This document shows, piece by piece, positions 11,448-22,037 of a stretch of DNA of 64,000 bases. Every line of letters begins with the position of its first letter. Positions within the stretch are counted from its first letter, which is position 1. A model generated the notes under the pieces. The model made no database searches and was not told where the DNA came from. It was given only the letters and a program-made list of their open reading frames with translations. Made by a program: the position numbers and the translations under genes. This DNA is from Eledone cirrhosa. Its lineage: Eukaryota. Location of the stretch: assembly GCA_964016885.1 (NCBI GenBank), contig OZ024757.1, positions 36,022,001-36,086,000 of the forward strand, written 5' to 3'.

Positions 11448-14400
11448 ATATATATATATATATATAAAATATAAACTTTGTTTCCTTGGTCTGATTTGGC
11501 AAGTTCCACTCCACTTGGTGAGCGAATGGGGTCTGGGATCTTGTCGGTCATTATAAGACAAGAAGATATAAAACTATATTGGCAGTATCGGTAGAGGGCC
11601 AGATGCCATGCTTTGCGGCACAGAGTTACGCCCCTTTACGTAACTGAGTTCAAATCCCACCGAGGCTAACTTTGCCTTTCATCCTTACTGGGTCGATAAA
11701 ATAAAGTACCAGTAATGTACTGGGATAATTGCTGGCCTTGTGCCAAAAGTTGAAACAATTATTAGCACATTAAAAGTTTAAGCAAACAATTTCTTTCACC
11801 ATTTTATAGGGTCTTCTGAAATCACTTTTGTATATAATCTGATTGTTTGTGTGGTAGACAGGTGACATGTTGATGAATGATATGGATCTATAGATAACAT
11901 ATGGCTTAATAGTTAGTGTTTGGCTGACGGTCATGATGGATTAGGCTGGGTGTTGTGTCTTTCAACAATGCACTTTATGTTGCTCCGGTTTATTCGGCTG
12001 GAAAAAAAGTGAGTTGTGATGTTGCTAGTGTCAAACTGTATTAGCCTTTGCCTATCTCTTGGACAACATCATATAGAGTATATAGTGTATATATAATCAT
12101 AAAATGTAGTTTGCTACATTGTATATAATAATGTGGAAAGTGATATATGTAAGGAGGCTAAATAATGCAAGATGAAGGCAACAAAAAAGTTAGTTACCTG
12201 GTAATCTTTTTCTTTTTTCGTCCTATTTCGGGACTTAAAATTCCCTTTGTCAGAGTACAGGGAACTCTCATAGCAAAACATTCCGGTCTCTTCTCTTTGA
12301 AATTAGATTTAAATTCAAAATTTATAAACTGCTTTCAAGTATCGTTTGACGTTTGCTGTAGTATTCACGAGAAGCAGAAGGATGACATAAATTGCTGTAT
12401 GTATTATCTCATGGAAGCAAATTTCTTGTGTAAATTGTAATGTATATAAAGAGTATAAGTAGTGTATATGTGAGTTATAAGATCACTGGTGCCAAGCTGT
12501 ATCAGCTTTGGACAACATCAGTAGAGACAGGTATGCATAGACGACTGCTAGATTTCCACATAAAGATGCCTTACTGGGGCTTGTGCCTCATAGAGGAAAT
12601 TTCCATGTGCAAAACCCATGGTCATTCGTGACTGCAGGGGGTCTTTACCCTTTACAACATGTATCTATTTCTAAAGTCTAAAAATCTGTCTCAAGCCTGG
12701 AAGCTCATCAGGGCGGTGCTTATCCCAGCTTCCGTGGTTTTAAGTGACTGAGAGCACAAGACTTCCCCTGGACATGATGTTAGTCCATTTCAGAGTCCCC
12801 CCCCCCCCATCTGTTACTGGTACTAAATTTCAGCTGGGTATACTGGAGCAACATGAAATGAAGTGTGTTTTGCTCAAGAACACAACACACAATGTTATGA
12901 TTGTAGTGAAACACCTTTACCATTAGGCCACGCATCTTTTGTTTGAAATTATATATTTGTACATCTTACCAAGCACCATTCAAAACATTATCTCTAGAAT
13001 GTTCCAATTTAAATTCAGTCTGTGAAAGACAAGACAATAAAAACCAGTTCACTCTGTGATCTTGATCTTCCCACATGACCTGAGCTGCAGCCAGTTCGAA
13101 AATTTTGAGTGAGTACTTAATCTATTCTTAAAACATTCTAAGGAAAATTTGTCTCCAGTCTTAAATCAATTTTTACAAACAAACTGAAGTTGGGTGGGGG
13201 GACGGAGATGGGGAAATGTGGAAAAAAATTTAATTTATAATGTAATTAACTAGGCCTTCGCCTTCTTACATAGATGTGTGTGTGTGGAAAAAAAAAATAT
13301 ATATATATATACAAAGAGGGTGTGGTAAGATACCAGGTGGACCATAACGCACCAGAGTTCGGATCTAGCTGTCGAAATGGCTGGAGCTCAGCCGTTGTGG
13401 TCCTTATTCTTTTCATATATTTATATATATATATATAGTTGCAACATTGACATATACATGTACTCATTTAGCCTGTTATATAAAATTAAAATGGTTACCT
13501 AAATTTCGAATTTAGCCATAAATAAACAAATCTTTTACATAATGTAAAGGGAGGCAACTATCAAAAGAGACTACTAAGTGGGGTTGGGGAACATGTACAA
13601 AATTAATAATTAAAAGAAATTAAAATTCCTTGAAATTAAAATTAGTCTGGTCTATACTATTTTCTCAATGAATTTCACTCTGTGTGGACAGCAACTAAAG
13701 CAGTCAAGGTGAGTATTTAAGCAGTGTTTTTTTGAAGCCAGTTGCGAGAGTATATTCCACTTTTGCGAGTTACATAGCTGGCAAAATTTTGTCCCATTAA
13801 CATGGAGGGTGGATTTTTCTAATATACTTCATTTAATGGAAAATGGTGTGCCGTTATTTTTGAGGTTCCACACATGGTTCGTGACAGTGAAATTAGGCTA
13901 CTCTTGTACCAGTAACATTAAAGCCCACATCACTGGCAAATGCAAAAGCCTTTACGGAGGCTCAGGCAAAAGGCCAGAGACATGCCCACTAGATCAACAC
14001 TCCAGTGATGATATATCAAGAAGTGACCTCCACCAACCAGAACCACCAAACTGAAGCCTGGACCTATGTTGGAATGTCCGAGAGTTGGTTGAAAAGCTGG
14101 TACCTGAACCACAGAACAACCTTTAGACAGACATCCTGACAAAAAACATGCCAACTTGTGAACCATGTGTGGAACCTCATAAATAACAGCTCACTATTTT
14201 CTTTGGCAAGATGAGAAAAGCTTTCGACACATTACAGTCATCGGTTCATCAGGAGTTTCAGGCTGACAATTAAGTTATCGACAGTTAAAGATCGTTAAGG
14301 ACGCTTCAGACAGTAGAAGCATTAATATTTGATATTAGAAAAAAACTCAAGGATATGAAATTATATCTATTCCTTCATTTCTACATTCATTTCAAAGTGG

Positions 14401-14769
14401 TTATAATTATTAACAACTATATCATACATGTTACATATAATCTGTATATTTTCAGGGAATTTACAAAGAATAAATAAGATATAAATGAGGTTTAACAACC
14501 TCACAAGGGTTAAAGAACAAAAAAAATGATATCAAAAACATTTAGCATAGAGCAAGCAGTTATATTCAAAGATGTTATCTGGATGGAAGTTTTTAAAAAA
14601 GCCATGCTATATGTTTATTGATAATTTATGTCATTAGATTGTAGGGAATTGGTTTATGTATTATTATATTATTTAGAAAATTTTGTTATTTTTTTCTTTA
14701 TACAGGTAGAATAAAGTTTGTTAATTAAGTTGTCGAAAAATTTTGTAAACACCAATGGCAAGTACATGT

Positions 14770-15205
14770 AGTTAGTATAATATGGAAAGAAAGGAAGTTG
14801 AAAGACTCCACAACCAGTAACAAATTTAAGAGCATATTACTTGATGCTTTTGATAGTAAGGAAGATCAATTAGAAACGTACAATATAGAGGAACAGTAGG
14901 AATTCCTGAAAGTCAACCTGCTGAAGGCAACAGATAAGGTGAAGACAATCAAGGCCAAAAAGCAGGCTTGGAAAGTATGGTGGGATGGGGGAAGTAGAGA
15001 ACACTATCAAGTGGCTAGGAGACAAGTGTACTTTGCAAGAAGGGAAGCAGAGGATAAAAAGTTCAAGCATGTTTTACAATGTGAGAACCAAAAACGTGAG
15101 GTGTTCAGGATTGCAAGACAATATGTCAAGGAAAACTGTGATATTGTCAGGGAGAAGTGTGTCTGTAATGATGATGATGTACTTGCCCTCACTGATACTG
15201 ATAAG
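14770..15205 (+). mobile_element. RTE LINE linker fragment
   Basis: AKKQAWK...VFRIARQ...DIVREKCV resembles the RTE inter-domain region. Confidence 0.7.
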
Positions 15206-15319
15206 AAGGTTGATAAAATAAAGTACCAGTAATGTACTAGGTAATTGATGGCCTTGTGCCAATAGTAGAAACAATTATTTCTTTATTGTTTTAGCCTTCT
15301 ATTATTACATTGTAATTAA

Positions 15320-15548
15320 GGCTAGTGGATTGGAAGTAATCGGTAGAGCGTCGGACACCATGATTCACGGCGCAGAGCCACGGCCCTTTACGTTCTGAGT
15401 TCAAATCCCACCGAGGTTAGCTTTGCCTTTCCTCATTACGGGAGTCGATAAAATAAAGTACCAGTAATGTACTGAGGTCGATTTAATTACCCCCCCCCCC
15501 CCCCCCCCCCAATGTTGCTGTCCTTGTGCCTTAATCAGAAACCATTGT
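15320..15548 (+). mobile_element. tRNA-derived SINE with Deu/Nin-like core (further copies near 5210, 6085, 6690, 11578, 21520, 31230, 38845, 49450, 49842, 50895, 61990)
   Basis: B-box gagttcaaatccc followed by ccgaggt(c/t)aactttgcctttcatcc...gtcgataaaataaagtaccag. Confidence 0.82.
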
Positions 15549-16345
15549 TATTTTTAATATCACTGTAAAAACTACGCAGAAATATGACCTATAAAAGCCA
15601 TAACTTCTAACTTGAAGGCTTGAATACAAAATTAAAATATTATACACGAAACGTATAACTTCTACCGTTCCTTATATCATTTTGAGTATAAAAATCTTTA
15701 CACCCCCCAATAAAACTGTTACCATAAGTTTTAGGTAAATAAATAACGAAAAAAAATTCTCTTTTCACTTTAAGCTTAACTAGATATAAATGGAAGGGCC
15801 GCACACCTTAAATACTAACATACGAGAAAATTAATCTTTTATCTTCTTCCTTAAATATATATATATTTAAATATATATGACCCTGGGGATATACAGACAT
15901 GGAAATATATATATTTTTTGTTTCCACATTGATATAAAGATCCAAAGGGGTATAAATATATAGATTTGGTCAAATAAATGGGTTCACACTAAATAATTCT
16001 TAAATCATAACAGAAATAAATCTTTCGTAAAGAAATACGGGAAAACTATTCGTTTTTAAAAATAATTTTGAAAGCCCAAAAAATCATTTTGGATGATGAC
16101 AATTTTGGACAGAGGACATAAATAGATAAACACCGTTACATCTGCTCCGTCCAGAGTCAACTAATAAGATACAAACACCACGGCATGGCGGAAACTGAAC
16201 TTAAAAGATGAGGTGTTTCAACAATTATTAAAAGGCATTATCAACAACAAACAAGAAAAAGAAGTTATTCCATTTTAATTTTCGAACAAGATTAGGAAAA
16301 ATAAGACGGTAATTATATACAACTACTATATATATATATATAAAA

Positions 16346-16591
16346 GTGACACAGAGGAGACTGAGGTTAGCTGGACATGCTCACCGACATCCAGAGTTGA
16401 CATTGCACTCATTACTCCTTTGGGAGCCCCTACATGGACACACTAGAAGAGGAAGACCAAGGTTAACGTATGTTGATGCCCTAAGGACAGACACTGGTCT
16501 GTTGGAGACGCAGGACATGGCAGCGATAATGAGGGACAGAGACCGCTGGAGAGAACTCGTCCATGGATCTCGGGAATTTTACCCGCCTTAG
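16346..16591 (+). mobile_element. RTE-like LINE C-terminal fragment
   Basis: QRRLRLAGHAHRH...RRGRPRLTYVD...DRDRWR. Confidence 0.8.
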
Positions 16592-16895
16592 ATAGATAGA
16601 TATATATAAGTTATTCCGGGTTGAATCGGAGGTAACCACAGTAAGTAAGGTACTCAATACATAGCAGAGTATATATATATATATATATATATATGCAGAA
16701 GTTATATTTAATTTGTTGGGATTCAACAAGCTTAAAAGTGTTATAACTGATATAAAGCACTCAACAGTTTACTGGAGGTAATATTCAATATATTAATAAA
16801 TGGAAACTATATTTATAAAACCATAATTATTTTGTCCAGTGAACCGTCAAGGTTGTTTTTCTAAGGGTATGTCAACATTTATAAAACAAATTTTA

Positions 16896-16957
16896 TATTT
16901 TATCTGATGAAAGCGCACCAAAACTGCCTTCGTTGCCCTTGAAATATATATAAAATA
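16896..16957 (+). ncRNA. hammerhead motif, same family, shortened stem III (probably degenerate)
   Basis: tattttat CTGATGA aagcgcacca aaactgcct tcgttgccctt GAAA tatat ataaaata. Confidence 0.55.
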
Positions 16958-17353
16958 ATTATGGTTTTATAAATGTAGTTTCCATTTATTAATATATTGT
17001 ATATATATATATATATAATATATATATATTATATATATATAATTTATTATTGGTATCCAAATGAATAAATTGTTGCTACACACTCACATACATATACTAA
17101 GATAGATATACATTCATGCAGACACACGCATAGCTTTTTCACCTCACTTTTTTTTGTCAGACACATTTTCATATACAAAATGTGACATCGTTGTGTTGTT
17201 TTCTATTGTTTTAATCCAAATGAAAATAAAATTTACATGTTGACACTCCTGGGGTCTCTTGTAAAATTTGATTTGATTTGGTCGAGCCATTTGAGAATGA
17301 ATAGGAACAGACAGACAGACAAAGAATTTTATATATATATATACATACACACA

Positions 17354-17417
<64 letters not shown>

Positions 17418-17429
17418 CACATATATATA

Positions 17430-17800
17430 TATTGCGTTGGCAAGAAAGTAATTTCATTTTTCGCAAATAGAGTTATGATTTTTTTAAATGACTTTTGTCA
17501 ATTTTATGATTTTTTCCTTTTGACATTTGATACCCATTACTTTTAACTTACTTTAGAAGCAAATTGCGCGTGATTCTGTTTACAAGCTGTTAGTTCAGTG
17601 TCAATTTGAAGATTTTCACCATATTTTGCTTTTTTATTTCCGTAAAGGCAAGAAAGCTGCTGAGGCTCACAAAGAGATATGTGAAGTTTATGGAGTTGAT
17701 TGCTTAACAGAACGGACATGTTGGAAATTGTTTTAAAAAATCCGTTCTGAAGATTTTTCACCCAAAGATGACCAACATTCTGGTCGACTTACTGAAGTTG
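17430..17800 (+). mobile_element. mariner 5' fragment (TIR-like end plus N-terminal HTH)
   Basis: Translates ENFHHILLFYFRKGKKAAEAHKEICEVYGVDCLTERTC...SGR, typical of mariner N-termini. Confidence 0.8.
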
Positions 17801-19904
17801 ATATATAAGTTCTAAGACTATGTGTTTTTGTATTCTATCTTTGTTCACTAGTGTGTGTTTATTTGTGTTTGTTGTCATTGTACTTGTGTATTTATTTATT
17901 TATTTATATTTACCTTAAAGATAAAAGACACAGAAGCAAAAACCAATCCAATCCAAACCAAACAGTGAGTTTGTTTTATTATTATTTCTGGCAATATTAT
18001 AACAATATGACCCTCCCCAAGTATAACAATATTTGTTTCACACAATTTCATATCAAAAACCTTGCAAAACAAATTCATATATATATATAATTTCAGCTGT
18101 AGAAATGAGATGATAGGGACTGGGGTCCATATCATTCCACTGCAAAGTGGTCGTGGAGGTGCCACGGCAAAAAAGCACCCAGCACTCACTGTAAATGAGG
18201 ATGGTGTTAGGAAGGGCATCCAGCTGTAGAAATCAAGCCAGAATCAGTTCCTGTCCCACCCTTGCAAGCAGGGAAAAGCAGACGTAAAATGAAATGATGA
18301 TATATATATATATATAAGAAAACAGTCAAGACCCTGACGGCTGAGCTCCGGCTGTTTCGAAACGGGGTCCTGACTCTTTTCCTGTTACCCACTCTATAAC
18401 CCTAAGTATCGACTACTCTGGTGTGTTATGGTCCACCTGGTATTTTACTACATCTTCTTTGTTATATATATATATATATATAGATAGATACACACACACA
18501 TCTAAAGAGAGAGAGACACAGAGGCTCAGGCAGAGAGAGAGAGAGACATAGGCTGTTATACAGAAAGAGATACAATTAAAGTGTTAGATATTCAGATAGA
18601 GAGAGAGAATAGCAACGGACACTGGTTTACACACACACACACATATATATATATAAAGACAGACAGAGAGGGAGATCTGCACAAGATGTCCTTTTGAGTC
18701 CCCACAAAACTTTCACTTCCCCAAGACAAGGCAAGGAATTGGTTAATCAAAGGTTAAGGAAGACAAAAGAACCTGGTTTATTTTGTTTTGCTCTTCACTT
18801 GGAAGACGTTAATTTATTCGTAAAAGTTCTTTTATTGATAAACTTCTAAAGCTTATTATAATTTCTATTTTACTGGAGAGAAAGAAGGAGAGTGTGTGGT
18901 AGGTGTGCTGGAAAGGTATATATGTGTGAGAGAGAGGGTGTGTGTAGGGAGGGAGAGAGAGAGGGTGTGTGTGTATAGGAGAGGTTTATATGTGTGTGTG
19001 TGTAAGAAAGTTAAGTTTTATAATAAAGGAACAATTTGGTGGGGTAGATCAATCTTTTTTTTTTAATTGTTTTGTATAATAGGTTGTTTAGGGGAAAGAA
19101 ATCTTGAGGATTTTAGCTAAAAAGAAAATCTTGCCAGAATTATATAACTTGGTAAAAACAATAAAATATGTATTAGCTACCAAAGAAGGTTCCATGATGA
19201 GGGACTTTTAAGTTAAAGGTAGATAGATGCTTTGAAAATCTTTCACTGGTACTGCAATGTGTTTTAAATCCTTATAATTTAAAAAAATTTCTTGCCAAAT
19301 TTGATGCCCCATCATTGAAAGCTGAAAACTCCAAGCTTTTCTACCAAAGACTTGTAAATATTGTTACAGTTAAATCTAAAGTTTCTGGGTGGTTTCTACA
19401 GAAATTGAGGATTTTAAAACTAAATAAAGAATTTCATCATTTAACAATGATGATGAATGTACTGTGATTTATAAAGGCAGAGATGCAATAGTTTATAAAT
19501 TATTTTTATTGTATTCTGCACCACATCAGTCTTTATATTTGTATATGCTTGAAAGCCAAAATTTCAGCTTTGTACCTGGTTTACTGTAATTTAGTTTTAA
19601 AATCCCCAATCCTCAAAAATACTGATTGCTTTAGGCACAAAGCCAGCAAATTTCCAGCCCCTTGTGCTGTACTATATACTCTTCCTTGTACTACCAAAAC
19701 AAACTTAGATTAGTACATGTTGTTGAGTGTTTTATTCTATTAGTATCATTGTTAACTGGTTGGAGTATGGATTGCACAACACTAGTCAGTTAACACCTTA
19801 TAATAATAATAGAGAGAGAGATAGTGAGGGAGAGAGAGGACGGTGTGGGTGTGTATAGTGAGGGAGAGAAAGGTGTGTATATATATATAGTGAGGGAGAG
19901 AAAG

Positions 19905-19941
<37 letters not shown>

Positions 19942-20349
19942 GTGAGGGAGAGAGAGAAAGGTGTATATATATAGTGTGAGGGAGAAAGAAAAAAGGTGTA
20001 TATATATATACATATAGTGAGGGAGAGAAAGGTGTGTGTATATATATATAGTGAGAGGGAGAGAGAAATCTCAAACTGTCCAAATAGCTGCCATGGAAGG
20101 ATTCCTAGAAATTGTAATGTTGGTATTAAAAGCAATTATTGTAGCCTGGTGGATTTTAAGCCATCTGCAAATATAAACATTGAACTTAGATTAACAGAAG
20201 AATATGGTAGTAAAGTGTTATTTGCCTTAACTAGAACGTAAATAAATCTAAACCAGTGCTGTTATCCATCAACTCATGATCATCATCATCACCATCCTGA
20301 TAAACACTTTTTTTCTTCAACTTCCCAACCTCCTCTCAAGACCCCAGAG

Positions 20350-21340
20350 GGTCTGGAAGGGAGCACACCTTGACAATTGGAACCAGGAAGTAAGGAGCAA
20401 GAACTAGTGGAGGAGACCAGATGCTACCAGCTAGATATAGTTGGGGTTTCCTCAATAATGTTCAGGGCTCTGGTACGGTGGATTGGGGTGGAGGATGAAA
20501 ACTCCACTATTCAGGTGTGGCGCCAGGAATGACTGCACAGGCAGGGGTGGTGATACTCTCAAGCCCTGGCTGTCAGAATGTGTTATGGACTGGATCACAT
20601 TGGGAGGGAGGATTTGCCTCTTGAAGCTTTGACTGAAAGATAGGTCTCTGTGGGTGGTGCAAGTTTATGCATCAAGCAAGGAGTCCAAATACGGGTCCTT
20701 CCTTGATGAAGTCATTGCAGTGTTAGATGTAGTTAAGACTGAATCGTATATCCTGATGGGAGACTTCAATGCACATATTGGCACTGACCACCTGACCTGG
20801 TTGGAAGGAATGGTGACCCCTATCTAAATGGAGAGGCCTCACTAGACTTCTGTTATAGCAATAGACACTCTATTATGAACACCTTCTTCCAGCACAGAGA
20901 CATCCATAAATGTACATGGTATAAGGAGAATCAGGGACAAAGATCAATAATTGATTTTGTTATAGTCTCTGATCTCTTTGATTTTTGTGCTGGATGGTCA
21001 TGTTAAGAGAGGGGCTGAGCTTTCAACTGATCACCATCTAGTTATCTGCAACTTGAGACTACCTAAAGCCAAAGAAGCCCACAAAACTGTCAGGTCCAGG
21101 GTGACCTACAGGATAGAGCGTGAAGCATTGGTGGATAAGGAAGTCAGGACCAGGTATGCAGATACTATTGCTTCCAAATTCAGAGAATTCCCTGAGCAAA
21201 CTGAGGATGTTGAGACAGTGGAGATTGTTCAGCTCAGCAAATTCTGGGGGCGAAAGAGGGTTGTGTAGTGCTGAATGCTTCTGAAAGGAGTGTTTGAGGA
21301 CTCTGCCCCCATGACCCTCTCAGGAATAAGTGGGGTGAAG
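20350..21340 (+). mobile_element. RTE-like LINE endonuclease fragment plus 3' end
   Basis: MGDFNAHIG, NTFFQH, SIIDF and STDHHLV APE motifs; ends in the gaggactctgcccccatgaccctctcaggaataagtgg tail also seen at about 1590 and 27545. Confidence 0.85.
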
Positions 21341-21908
21341 AAGACATTTTTTTCTTCAACCATTCAACCACCTTTTTCTTCTCAATTTACTTTTACTTAT
21401 AAAGGACTAATGTCTGATATGTTGAGGCATTCCTTTTTGCTTTTCCAATGAGCATGACTTTGTATAATTGTAATTCTGTGTTTATCTTTATTAAATATTG
21501 AACTAAAGTAAGGCATAGCACGTAGGTCCTGTAACTCCTAAGGGAGTCGTAGGGGTGTCTCATTGACATACACCGTTTCGAGGGCATTTTAAAGTCTGGC
21601 GGAGCCCATTTCCTCTCCATGTCTGAATACAGAAGATTTCTTCCAGAGAAGGATAGAGAGAGAGGAAGTTAGAAAGATATATAGAGGAAGAATCGACCCC
21701 AGTACTTGACTGGTACTTTTTTATCGACCTTGAATGGATGAAAGACAAAGTTGACCTCGGTGGGATTTGAACTCAGAGAGTAGAGAGCTAAACGAAAACT
21801 GTGAAGCATTCTATCCAATGTTCTAATGACTGCCTATTTGCCGCCTTCAAGGCATAGTATACCTAGGAATAAACGACACAAAACCTGATTCCTTACCAGT
21901 TGATTCTA

Positions 21909-22037
21909 TTACAATATAGGCTTGAAAGTCTTCTTGATGGGTTGCCAACACTGGAAGTACTCGTTGTCAACTTTGTGACAAGTTTCATTCCCCCATCTGG
22001 TCAGGGCCAAACTCAGGGAACTTTCAAACATAAAGGC
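21909..22037 (-). CDS. HGD: HGD last coding exon [42 protein letters not shown]
   Basis: ctgtag|GCCTTT ... TTG TAA TAG. Confidence 0.95.
   Translation of the reverse strand, partial: AFMFESSLSLALTRWGNETCHKVDNEYFQCWQPIKKTFKPIL

Noticed and set aside
18320-18465. Hairpin with GAAAC...GTC (related copy 13310-13412)
   Set aside because: CUGANGA is absent; at most a half-motif.
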